Shown here: positions 48,210 through 56,544 of the stretch, piece after piece
Numbering within the stretch: position 1 is the first letter of the stretch
Layout: the number at the start of each line of letters is the position of its first letter
Made by a program: the position numbers and the translations under genes
Virus record (IMG/VR): IMGVR_UViG_3300042399_002267
Source of the DNA: a virus
Length of the DNA stretch: 64,000 bases
Reading direction: 5' to 3' (one strand)
Notes under the pieces: generated by a model
Database searches by the model: none
Told to the model about the DNA's origin: nothing
The model's input: the letters and a program-made list of their open reading frames with translations, nothing else

Positions 48210-48785
48210 ATGCTTCTAGATGTAGAAATAAATAAATTATATAATTACGATTTTTATGGATGTATAGACAAAAAAGAAAAACTTCTTAATTCCTTAAAAT
48301 CTTTAGATCTTGAACTTGAATCTTTTGGTGTTTTCAATTTGATTGACCAAAAGATTTCTTCTTTTAATATTCAAAACAATAATATCCAAAATATTAATAA
48401 GTTTAATATTGATGGTGTTCTTATAGAATCTAACAATTGGTTACATTCTCAACTTGATTCATTATTACACTCAAAATATTCCAGACAAAGTAGATATTTA
48501 TTTAATAATGGTAGTGTGACACCAGAACTTCCAGCTCATTACAAATTTGATCAATTAATTGCTGCTAAATTAGGCTATAAGAGCGATAATTCTTTATTCG
48601 TACCCATTTGGTCTAACACTATAAGAATATCTAAAAATACTGCAGAATTGATTTATTTTCCAACACCTGAACAAACAAAAACTCTTTTGTCTTTGAACAT
48701 AAATAATTATATAGTCAAAAATATACATGTTCGGGATGTCTTTGACGAATTAGTTGATAAATTGCCAGCTTTCCATTCATCTTGA
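48210..48785 (+). CDS. Hypothetical protein
   Basis: 191-aa ORF heading the oxygenase/glycosyltransferase block. Confidence 0.55.
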   Translation: MLLDVEINKLYNYDFYGCIDKKEKLLNSLKSLDLELESFGVFNLIDQKISSFNIQNNNIQNINKFNIDGVLIESNNWLHSQLDSLLHSKYSRQSRYLFNNGSVTPELPAHYKFDQLIAAKLGYKSDNSLFVPIWSNTIRISKNTAELIYFPTPEQTKTLLSLNINNYIVKNIHVRDVFDELVDKLPAFHSS

Positions 48786-48804
48786 TTTTTTGTATAATGT
48801 TTGC

Positions 48805-49590
48805 ATGGATATTAATTTTGGAGATGTTTTTGAACAAGAAAAGAAGTGGAAAAGCGCTCAACCTTATCATCATGTCGTAATAGACAATTTTCTTCCTATA
48901 GACATTGCTAATAAAGTTGCCCAGGAATTCCCTGATGTAAATAGTGATTTTTGGTACGAGTATGCTAATCCATTAGAGATCAAGAAGGCATGCTCTGATT
49001 GGAATAAGTTTCCACCATCAATCTATCAAGTTTTCACTGCTTTGATGAATAGACAAGTGGTTGATGTTTTGTCTTTTTTCACTGGAAAAAACTTGATGGC
49101 AGATTCTGGTTTACATGGTGGTGGACTTCATTGCCACAAGGATGGAGGAAAGCTAAATACACATTTAGATTATTCTATTCATCCAAAAATCAACATGCAG
49201 CGCAAAGTAAACATTATTGTCTATGTAACTAAAGATTGGGATCCAGCATGGGATGGAGCATTAGGGCTGTGGGATAACGACAATTCTGATGGTGTTGACA
49301 AACCTGGCAATCTTGTTCAAAAAATAGAGTGCAAGTTTAACAGAGCTATAATCTTTGACACAACAATGCATTCTTGGCATGGTTTACCAGACCCAGTACT
49401 TTGCCCTGAGGGTAAATCCAGAAATTCTTTAGCAACATATTACTTGTGCGATCCACCACAAGATGTTGATCCAAGAGGTAAAGCTCTTTATGCTCCTAGT
49501 GAGGATCAGAAAGGTGATTCTCATATTGAAGAGTTGATTCGTAAGCGAGCTAATCTACAAACATTCTCAGAGGTTTATAAAACAAAATAA
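48805..49590 (+). CDS. 2-oxoglutarate/Fe(II)-dependent oxygenase (prolyl-hydroxylase-like)
   Basis: GGGLHCH, HLD (HxD), RKVNIIVY, FNRAIIFDT, SWHG, RNSLATYY. Start moved to ATG at 48805 (TATAAT 6 nt upstream). Confidence 0.88.
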   Translation: MDINFGDVFEQEKKWKSAQPYHHVVIDNFLPIDIANKVAQEFPDVNSDFWYEYANPLEIKKACSDWNKFPPSIYQVFTALMNRQVVDVLSFFTGKNLMADSGLHGGGLHCHKDGGKLNTHLDYSIHPKINMQRKVNIIVYVTKDWDPAWDGALGLWDNDNSDGVDKPGNLVQKIECKFNRAIIFDTTMHSWHGLPDPVLCPEGKSRNSLATYYLCDPPQDVDPRGKALYAPSEDQKGDSHIEELIRKRANLQTFSEVYKTK

Positions 49591-50303
49591 TGGCAACTTT
49601 AGATATTATTATGACTGGTTTCACAGGAAGTGATGAAATCAGAGAAATGACAGAAAGATCTATTAGATCATTGCGTGAATCTGAAGGTTCAGAAGATTTC
49701 AATATCATTTTCTTAGAATCAAATCAAGAATCAACTCACAAGTATAATGTTGATCATCAGATTCATCCAGATTTTCCATATCATTGTAATAAGTATTACA
49801 ACATTGGAATTCAATATGCAACTTCTGATTTTACAGGTATTGTAAACAATGACACTTATTTTTACAAAAACTGGTGGACAAAAATGCATGCTGCAATGGA
49901 AAAGCATTCTCTAGATTCAGCATCTCCAAGAAGTCCAGTTGAGCAGTTTGGTCTTATTGCACAATGCGAAATGAAACATAGATTTACACCTCCAACTAGA
50001 GTGGTAGAAGGTTTTCTTGCTGCATATACTTTTTGCGGTTGGTGTTGGGTAATCCGAAAAGAAGTAAGAGAATGGCTTTTCCCAGTTGATGAGCAATTTT
50101 CATTCTACTATAATGACAATGATGTTGCGATGCATCTTAAGGATCATGGATGCAAGCATGCACTAGTTGCTGGTTCATTGGTTGAGCATTATGGACAAAG
50201 ATCACACAAGGCATTGCATGATCGTGGCGAATACTACAAGCATACTTTTGGGTTAGAAAAGAACTTTGTTGATAAGTGGAAACACATTTTCGACAAGCTA
50301 TAA
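49590..50303 (+). CDS. GT-A (family 2-like) glycosyltransferase
   Basis: LDIIMT, YYNIGIQYATSDFTGIVNND, FSFYYNDND, VEHYGQRSH. Confidence 0.8.
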   Translation: MATLDIIMTGFTGSDEIREMTERSIRSLRESEGSEDFNIIFLESNQESTHKYNVDHQIHPDFPYHCNKYYNIGIQYATSDFTGIVNNDTYFYKNWWTKMHAAMEKHSLDSASPRSPVEQFGLIAQCEMKHRFTPPTRVVEGFLAAYTFCGWCWVIRKEVREWLFPVDEQFSFYYNDNDVAMHLKDHGCKHALVAGSLVEHYGQRSHKALHDRGEYYKHTFGLEKNFVDKWKHIFDKL

Positions 50304-50329
50304 AAAAACCCCCTTTTCAGGGGGTTTTT
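50302..50329. terminator. Bidirectional intrinsic terminator
   Basis: AAAAAAACCCCCT-TTTC-AGGGGGTTTTT. Confidence 0.8.
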
Positions 50330-50331
50330 CT

Positions 50332-51237
50332 TTACCAGGTTGGTTTACTCAAATCAGATAAGAAGTATTCAGCTACACCCTTTGTAGTGTTGTATTTCAT
50401 AAAGTGAGCAACAATCTCACTTTGGTAATATTCATATTCTCTGTCCAAATATTTAGGTTCATTTCGGAAGAAGAATTCAATCTTTGTCATCAAAGCTTTA
50501 GGCGCTCTTGTCATAACAAATCTTGGGCTGTTAGCAATGTTCAAGAAAATTGGAACACATCCATTTCCAATAATTTCCCAATGACGAAGACAATCCCAAC
50601 CTGCCTTTGACATTGTAAATGCATATTTGGAAACTTGATAATCTTGGTAATAAGGTGCTTCGTCCTTGAAAACATATGTTTTTCGATCTCTAGGATCAAC
50701 ATGTGCCATTCTCTTTTCCTTCTTTGTGTCAGTGACAACATTGAAAGTTGGAAAACCAAAACCAATTTGATTTACTTTGCCGAAGAACTGCTGATATTCG
50801 CCGTTATTTTCCCAGATACATTCACGCTTAAAATAACGAGCGCCTTCTCTGATCAGGGGATGGAACTTAGTGTTGTCTTCACCATCTACAAAAACAACCT
50901 TTTCCTTATCATAATGCTCTAAAACTGTTTCTAAATAATCCTGACATCGCCATACACTTCCGTATACAACATAGTCGAAGTATTTGTTTTTGATTTTCTT
51001 TACAATATCTTCACGATCTGTATCATCAGGATCTAAAGTTCGAGTTACAGTAAATCCTTTACCATATTGATTTCGAGCTTCTTCATAAGGAAAATCCTTG
51101 TAAATATGGATTCTTGGGTTTACATCAACTACATCTGCGCCAAAAAGTTCTTTCAATCCGATAAACAAACAGTCATCCTGGTAATCAACCATGTCAATTG
51201 GCTTACCAGCCTTTTTTGATATATAGAGAATTTTCAT
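50332..51237 (-). CDS. GT-B-like glycosyltransferase (CgeB/exostosin-like C-terminus)
   Basis: FVDGED...YFKRE...YYQDYQVSKYAFTMSKAGWDCLRHWEIIGNGCVPIF. Confidence 0.65.
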   Translation of the reverse strand: MKILYISKKAGKPIDMVDYQDDCLFIGLKELFGADVVDVNPRIHIYKDFPYEEARNQYGKGFTVTRTLDPDDTDREDIVKKIKNKYFDYVVYGSVWRCQDYLETVLEHYDKEKVVFVDGEDNTKFHPLIREGARYFKRECIWENNGEYQQFFGKVNQIGFGFPTFNVVTDTKKEKRMAHVDPRDRKTYVFKDEAPYYQDYQVSKYAFTMSKAGWDCLRHWEIIGNGCVPIFLNIANSPRFVMTRAPKALMTKIEFFFRNEPKYLDREYEYYQSEIVAHFMKYNTTKGVAEYFLSDLSKPTW

Positions 51238-51282
51238 AAATTACCTCACACCTATTATACATTTTTTTTGTACAATTAGAGT

Positions 51283-51972
51283 ATGAAAAATGTCGATTTA
51301 GATGTTGTTATCACCACAAATTCAAAAAATAGTGATCTTTGGACCATGACTCACAATGCTATAAAGTCTTTGAGAAATTGTATTGGTGGAGAAAATTTCA
51401 ACATAATAGTTGTTGAAACAAACACTAATGCTGAAGAATTTCCAGAAGCTGATGTTACAGTCAAACCAAATGAACCATTCCAAATAAATAAATTTTACAA
51501 TTTAGGAGCTGATCATTGTCAAGGCGATTATTTACTAGTAACAAACAATGATGTTTTGTATGATGAGAATTGGTGGGTTCATATGAAAAAATCATTCATT
51601 GACAATAGTCTTGATACCGCATGTCCACAAGTGACAAATGAACAACCAGACATTTACAATAAATGGTTCAAACAAAAAAATACATTTAAAAATCTTGAAG
51701 GATACGAATGGTTCTTTGGGCAGGCATGGCTAATTACCAAAGATGTCAAAGATTGGTTATTTCCATTAGATGAAAATATTCATTTTTATTTTAATGATGA
51801 CGATATGGTAATGAGATTAAAAGAAAAAAATTGCAAACATCAGCTTGTTTACAAATCAAAAATGCAACATTTCCAAGCTAAATCACACCACATTCTTAAA
51901 GAAGAGGGAAGATACCAGCAAGTTACCTGGGGAACAAAACAATATTTTGATTCAAAATGGAACAAGTCCTAA
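51283..51972 (+). CDS. GT-A (family 2-like) glycosyltransferase, paralog of 49590..50303
   Basis: LDVVIT, FYNLGADHCQGDYLLVTNNDV, FYFNDDD, QHFQAKSH. Confidence 0.8.
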   Translation: MKNVDLDVVITTNSKNSDLWTMTHNAIKSLRNCIGGENFNIIVVETNTNAEEFPEADVTVKPNEPFQINKFYNLGADHCQGDYLLVTNNDVLYDENWWVHMKKSFIDNSLDTACPQVTNEQPDIYNKWFKQKNTFKNLEGYEWFFGQAWLITKDVKDWLFPLDENIHFYFNDDDMVMRLKEKNCKHQLVYKSKMQHFQAKSHHILKEEGRYQQVTWGTKQYFDSKWNKS

Positions 51973-52535
51973 TAATCTAAAATTGAATAACAAATATCAA
52001 CTTCATAGTCTTGGCAATGATCTACAAGTTTGTCCAATACATGAAGTTGATTCAGTACATTTTTATTCACAAAGTTTATATCGTCTGTAAAAGTCAACTT
52101 TTCTTTTGCGCTATTTATTTTATTTCTTAATGATGCTGGAAAAATGACACCTTCTTTTTTGAGATCCAAAATAAAAAGTATTGGATGAATAAAATCTTCG
52201 CAAACTTCTACTTTCAAATCAGAGCTATTAATGTCACATGAAAATAATTGAAATTCATACGTTGTGTAGTCCAAATCAAAAATGACATAACCTTTGCAAT
52301 GGTCATGGTCAAAGTTCTTTTCAAATTTGAAGCCATTTTCTTCAAGTAATCTTTCCCATTCTTTTATTGTTCTTCGATTATTTACTTCAATATTATCTGA
52401 TAATAAAACACTAGAAATAGAGTTGAATTTTGCTGGTTTTATTAATTGTGCTTTCCATAATATTGTTCCAGAAGAAACATTTGATGATTTAAGATCTAAT
52501 ATTGCTGGCTTGAATAATAAATATTTGTAGTTCAT
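51969..52535 (-). CDS. Hypothetical protein
   Basis: 188-aa ORF, convergent with the glycosyltransferase. Confidence 0.55.
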   Translation of the reverse strand: MNYKYLLFKPAILDLKSSNVSSGTILWKAQLIKPAKFNSISSVLLSDNIEVNNRRTIKEWERLLEENGFKFEKNFDHDHCKGYVIFDLDYTTYEFQLFSCDINSSDLKVEVCEDFIHPILFILDLKKEGVIFPASLRNKINSAKEKLTFTDDINFVNKNVLNQLHVLDKLVDHCQDYEVDICYSILDY

Positions 52536-52557
52536 TTACTCTTATTATAAAAGAGTA

Positions 52558-53016
52558 TTAATCTATTTTGTAAGTTTCATCAAATTCTTGTCTGGCTATT
52601 CTGTAAACTTCACTAAAATTGGGACATGGAGATACAATCATGTCTCCAGTTTTCAAAACCATATTTCTACCCCAAGAAGCTACAAACTCCATATCGCTTC
52701 CTTGGTATACAGTCGCTCTCACTTTGCCCTTAGGTTTTAAGATATGTCCATTTTCAGTTTGATATAAAAAATCGTATCTCTGAATACACATTTCTTCTGT
52801 AACAATATATTCTTCTTGAGATTGAGTATTGAGATTTTTAAGCACAAAATCACCTTCTTTAGCATAGTTTGTTGTTTCTAAACCATCTGAAGTCCAAGTT
52901 TCTATAAACTCTCCAGATGCAGCTTTTCTAGCATAAACTAAAGAAGTCTTAGAATATATCTTTCCCTGAGATTCTATACAGGGGAAAAACATTTCATAGG
53001 CTTCTTTTTGGTTCAT
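52558..53016 (-). CDS. Protein with two tandem 'GD...E-Y...F...Y' beta modules (PGDYG-like)
   Basis: Repeat 1: ETWTSDG...AKEGDFVL...EEYIV...RY. Repeat 2: VASWG...LKTGDMIV...EVYRI...FDETY. Confidence 0.55.
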   Translation of the reverse strand: MNQKEAYEMFFPCIESQGKIYSKTSLVYARKAASGEFIETWTSDGLETTNYAKEGDFVLKNLNTQSQEEYIVTEEMCIQRYDFLYQTENGHILKPKGKVRATVYQGSDMEFVASWGRNMVLKTGDMIVSPCPNFSEVYRIARQEFDETYKID

Positions 53017-53023
53017 ACAGTAT
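52996..53023 (+). promoter_or_regulatory. Putative SigH-like promoter
   Basis: ATAGG CTTCTTTTTGGTTCAT ACAGTAT. Confidence 0.35.
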
Positions 53024-53064
53024 ATATTCTAATAAGAAGATTCTATTTCTTATGAGGTTACATT

Positions 53065-53430
53065 GTGAATTCTAAATTATTATTTAAAATAATCAAAACA
53101 GCAAATGCATTAGACATTTTTGAAGAGTATGATGCAGCAAATTGTTTAACAAAAATAGCTACTAAAATTGCTCAAATGGATTTAAAAGATGAAAATTCAT
53201 TTTCAGAATGTGATAGCTTGATGTACGATCCTTTAATGACTAGATACAAAATGATGCTTGAAGAAGACTCAAATAATATTGATCAGGAAATTGAACAAAA
53301 ATTAATCATTAAAATAAACAATTGTTTATTTGGAACAAGATTAGATGGCAAAGGGGAATATGTTCTCAAGGATTTACTAAATGATAAATATGGAACAAAA
53401 TACTCAACAATTTTAGAAAATATAGAATAA
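53065..53430 (+). CDS. Small protein with shared N-terminal tag (family member 3)
   Basis: IIKTANALDIFEEYDAANCLTKIATKIAQ; GAGG RBS before the GTG start. Confidence 0.55.
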   Translation: MNSKLLFKIIKTANALDIFEEYDAANCLTKIATKIAQMDLKDENSFSECDSLMYDPLMTRYKMMLEEDSNNIDQEIEQKLIIKINNCLFGTRLDGKGEYVLKDLLNDKYGTKYSTILENIE

Positions 53431-53431
53431 C

Positions 53432-53458
53432 AAAAAACCCTCGCATTGCGGGGGTTTT
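53432..53458. terminator. Intrinsic terminator
   Basis: AAAAAACCCTCGC-ATT-GCGGGGGTTTT. Confidence 0.7.
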
Positions 53459-53495
53459 ATTGTTTTAAATAGAATATTTCAAATAGAGGAAATCT

Positions 53496-53645
53496 ATGAA
53501 AAGTAAAATTTCTGCATTGGATATTATTGTTTGTTCAGTGGTTTTAGTAACAATGATTTTGATATTTGTTCCTTTTTATTTGTATTCAAAAACAATGAAT
53601 CATAAGCCAAATTATAATTACAAAAATTTGAAACTTCATAAATAA
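53496..53645 (+). CDS. Small single-pass membrane protein (49 aa, below the ORF-track cutoff)
   Basis: AGAGGA RBS; MKSKISALDIIVCSVVLVTMILIFVPFYLYSK... Confidence 0.5.
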   Translation: MKSKISALDIIVCSVVLVTMILIFVPFYLYSKTMNHKPNYNYKNLKLHK

Positions 53646-53656
53646 AAAGACCCTGA

Positions 53657-54220
53657 TTATTCAGGGTCTTCATCAAATGTAAGTTTTTGTTGTCCAGACT
53701 TCAAGTCATTAAGTTGCTGAGAATTATCAAATCCATGTTTGAAAATATTTCTTGCAGATTTCATATCTTCTTTTGATAAATCAAGCTTTGCAAATTTCAT
53801 AAATGCTTGAAATCTTTCTTCAATTTCATCATCAGTATAAATTGAATTATGGATAGTAAACATACCACTATCCATACCTAAACCATAAGATTCAGGTCCA
53901 AAATTAAATTTATCATATAGCAAGCCTCTATATGAACCATTATCTTTAAAATAGTTTTCAAAGATAACATTTGTAATATAAAAGAATAAAAGTAGTTGAT
54001 TATCAGTCTCTAAAGAATCATAATATTCTTTGGCTTTTTGCTTATATTGTTCTCTAACTTGTTCTTCTATTTGTAATAGTTCTTTATGTTCATCTGAATT
54101 TGACCATTCAGTGTATGAATTATAAGTTTTGCCGTTTATTTTAAATGGTTTACTCATTGGATTACCTGTGCTTTCACGAATAGAATCTTCTTTACGTTGT
54201 TTGACTTCTTCCCATGTCAT
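53657..54220 (-). CDS. Hypothetical protein
   Basis: 187-aa ORF. Confidence 0.6.
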   Translation of the reverse strand: MTWEEVKQRKEDSIRESTGNPMSKPFKINGKTYNSYTEWSNSDEHKELLQIEEQVREQYKQKAKEYYDSLETDNQLLLFFYITNVIFENYFKDNGSYRGLLYDKFNFGPESYGLGMDSGMFTIHNSIYTDDEIEERFQAFMKFAKLDLSKEDMKSARNIFKHGFDNSQQLNDLKSGQQKLTFDEDPE

Positions 54221-54224
54221 AGTA

Positions 54225-54842
54225 TCACACTTTTGCCACTAATGATTCAATGTTATTCAAATCTGTATATGGAATATCCCAGTTCCAAAATTCCATTCCA
54301 GGCATTCTTGCTTTCTTGAAATAGGACTCGTTTATTAATGCTTTTTCAAAAAACCCCATGACAGCAATTTTAGCAAATTTATTTATTCTATCCTCATTAA
54401 CAACATATGCTGCAATGTAAATATCATTGTTTAGCTTAAGACGAATGTTCTGATTGCCCCATTTTGTAGCAACAATTAAAAGTGCTCCATGTGATGTAGT
54501 GGCAGTTTTTACATCTGTTGGCAAGCCATTTATAATAAAATCTGTTTTATCTCCACCTTTTTTATAAGTAATATTCATGGAAAGATCAAGTATTTTAGCC
54601 ACAGCCATCTCTCCAAGACATCCACTTCTTTCTGCTTTACAAGGATCTTTGGAATTATTAATCATCCCTCTTCCATAAATCCCACCCTTTTCTCGTGCCC
54701 ACATTATTTCGCCAAAATCTTCACACACTTTGTATTCAGTGGGATTAATATCAACAACAGCTGCATGAATATTTGTTTCTAAAACTTTGAAAGGAATTGA
54801 TTCAAAGTTTAAATTGCACACTTCGGGTTTATAAAGGTTCAT
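54225..54842 (-). CDS. PD-(D/E)XK restriction-endonuclease-like protein
   Basis: CLGEMAVAK...GGDKTDFIINGLPTDVKT. Start moved to 54842 because the longer version overlaps the FeoA gene and TGGTATAAT lies 6 nt upstream. Confidence 0.55.
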   Translation of the reverse strand: MNLYKPEVCNLNFESIPFKVLETNIHAAVVDINPTEYKVCEDFGEIMWAREKGGIYGRGMINNSKDPCKAERSGCLGEMAVAKILDLSMNITYKKGGDKTDFIINGLPTDVKTATTSHGALLIVATKWGNQNIRLKLNNDIYIAAYVVNEDRINKFAKIAVMGFFEKALINESYFKKARMPGMEFWNWDIPYTDLNNIESLVAKV

Positions 54843-54849
54843 GATTATA

Positions 54850-55092
54850 TTATACCAACGAAGTAAGTATATAGACAACATGGACACATTCAGCTTCTTC
54901 TTTTCGCAATGCAATATAGTAACCTCTTATGAAAATTTCGACAGGACCATTATGCATTAAATTTCTTACAACTCTAACTTCTGTGTCTTTAGTAAAACCT
55001 AGTTCTGATAATCTTCCTCTTGAAGTTCCAGTTACATTTACAACTTTGTAAATATACTTTGAACTTGCACAACAAAGTTTCGTTGAATTCAT
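54850..55092 (-). CDS. feoA: FeoA (SH3-like) domain protein
   Basis: RGRLSELGFTKDTEVRVVR...NGPVEIFIRGYYIALRKEEAECVHV. Confidence 0.8.
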   Translation of the reverse strand: MNSTKLCCASSKYIYKVVNVTGTSRGRLSELGFTKDTEVRVVRNLMHNGPVEIFIRGYYIALRKEEAECVHVVYILTSLV

Positions 55093-55150
55093 ATCATAGT
55101 ATTCTCAAATTCATTATGTATTATCTTCTGAAAAATGTATAAAATACAAT

Positions 55151-55702
55151 ATGAATGGAAACTCAATTTTTTTTGAAGGTCGATATACGCCTTATTACAA
55201 TATAATTATCAATATTGCACAATCAGTAGGATGTGAAAATTTTTTAGAGCTAGGTTTAGCTAATGGTGTAAATCACATGTTTATGCGTAATTTTATACCA
55301 AATTGTGTAGGTGTTGATATGTCTAAAGGATTTGAAGGTGATATTCCTAGATTTTATCAAATGACAACTGATGAGTTCTTTAAGCAAAATACAGAAAAAT
55401 TCGACATTATTTTTATCGATGCTTGTCATAAATTTGATCAAGTAAAAATAGATTTTGAAAACTCTTTGAAATGTCTAGAAGACCGTGGAATTATTATCTT
55501 TCATGACACAGATCCATTCGATGCGCATATGCTAGATGATTCTTTTTCGTCAGACTCATATAAAATCGCTAATTATGTAAGAAAAGAGCATCCAGAATTA
55601 GATTTTATCACTCTACCTGTAAGTAGTATGGGATTAAGCATGTGCAACAGAAGAGATGACGCAAGGCATTTAAAGTTTACTAAACTTACATTTAATATTT
55701 AG
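55151..55702 (+). CDS. Class I SAM-dependent methyltransferase (Methyltransf_24-like)
   Basis: FLELG..GV, GVD, MTTDEFF, FDIIFIDACH...V..DF...L...GIIIFHD. Confidence 0.85.
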   Translation: MNGNSIFFEGRYTPYYNIIINIAQSVGCENFLELGLANGVNHMFMRNFIPNCVGVDMSKGFEGDIPRFYQMTTDEFFKQNTEKFDIIFIDACHKFDQVKIDFENSLKCLEDRGIIIFHDTDPFDAHMLDDSFSSDSYKIANYVRKEHPELDFITLPVSSMGLSMCNRRDDARHLKFTKLTFNI

Positions 55703-55704
55703 CT

Positions 55705-55730
55705 ATAAGGAGCCTTTCAAGGCTCCTTAT
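55705..55730. terminator. Bidirectional hairpin terminator
   Basis: ATAAGGAGCCT-TTCA-AGGCTCCTTAT. Confidence 0.7.
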
Positions 55731-55864
55731 TTATTTAACTTTAGATCGTCCTTCACTGAATGCTTCATCAATTCTGAAAAAACTTGATCTCGTGTAAAAA
55801 TATATATCTTATCTAAAAAATAAAACCAATCATTCTCGATATTGAGAACTTCTTGTAACTTCAT
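55727..55864 (-). CDS. Small hypothetical protein (45 aa)
   Basis: GGTGG RBS-like sequence; MKLQEVLNIENDWFYFLDKIY...; fills the gap after the preceding gene. Confidence 0.4.
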   Translation of the reverse strand: MKLQEVLNIENDWFYFLDKIYIFTRDQVFSELMKHSVKDDLKLNK

Positions 55865-55866
55865 TG

Positions 55867-56298
55867 TTACCACCAAAGGTCGAACCAGATTTCTCCTAAT
55901 ATTGCTGCAGCCTTTTTAAGATTGCTTACTCTTTCTTTCTCTAGCTCTAAGGAAACTTCTTCATTTTCACCATTATAATATTCTTGAAATGATTTAAGGA
56001 TGAAGTTTAGTTTTTCGTTAAAAGATTCTTCAGTTTCACCACTAGGGAATCCATTATTAAGTTGAATAAATCTTTCTAATCTTGGAATTAAGAATAAGGC
56101 TAAAGTCTTATCTAAATGCCAAGTTTCAGTATCATCAAATCCCCTTTCATCCCTTTGCTTTTTATATTTCTCAAGTTTTTCGGGCTCATTTGGATAAACT
56201 TCTTGAGCAATACTAAAGTTGTTTTTTTCTGTAGTCGTAGATGATTGCAAGCAATCTTTTGATTTCTTCTGGGTTGATTTTGATTTGTTTTGGTTCAT
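55867..56298 (-). CDS. Conserved-type phage hypothetical protein
   Basis: ERGFDDTETWHLD.TLA.FL.PRL..F...GFP...WFDLWW; the start codon is uncertain. Confidence 0.6.
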   Translation of the reverse strand: MNQNKSKSTQKKSKDCLQSSTTTEKNNFSIAQEVYPNEPEKLEKYKKQRDERGFDDTETWHLDKTLALFLIPRLERFIQLNNGFPSGETEESFNEKLNFILKSFQEYYNGENEEVSLELEKERVSNLKKAAAILGEIWFDLWW

Positions 56299-56303
56299 CT
56301 TGG

Positions 56304-56495
56304 TTACTCATTCTCTATCTTTTCAACTTTTTTATAATAATCCATTGCATTTCTCAATGACCATATGGCAAATGCGCCAAGAAGAAAATCACCTGGCAAT
56401 GTATTGTAAGTGCGCCATGTATACAAAACTATCAAAATACAAATGGTGTTCCATCCTAATCCTGCAGCTTTATTGTCATCAATTTTATTTTCCAT
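56304..56495 (-). CDS. Small two-pass membrane protein
   Basis: Two hydrophobic segments; promoter directly upstream. Confidence 0.55.
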   Translation of the reverse strand: MENKIDDNKAAGLGWNTICILIVLYTWRTYNTLPGDFLLGAFAIWSLRNAMDYYKKVEKIENE

Positions 56496-56502
56496 AATAC
56501 TT

Positions 56503-56531
56503 ATGATATCACAAAAAAAGAAGGCTGTAAA
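56503..56531 (-). promoter_or_regulatory. Sigma-70 promoter, likely leaderless
   Basis: TTTACA-N17-TATCAT; ATG lies 7 nt downstream. Confidence 0.6.
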
Positions 56532-56544
56532 GCCTTCTTTTTAT

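Noticed and set aside
48805-49590. TET/JBP-type DNA base oxygenase
   Set aside because: The motif spacing (HxD, RKVNIIVY, FNRAIIF, WHG, RNS) matches prolyl-hydroxylase-like 2OG oxygenases, and no adjacent DNA methylase or hydroxymethylase is present.
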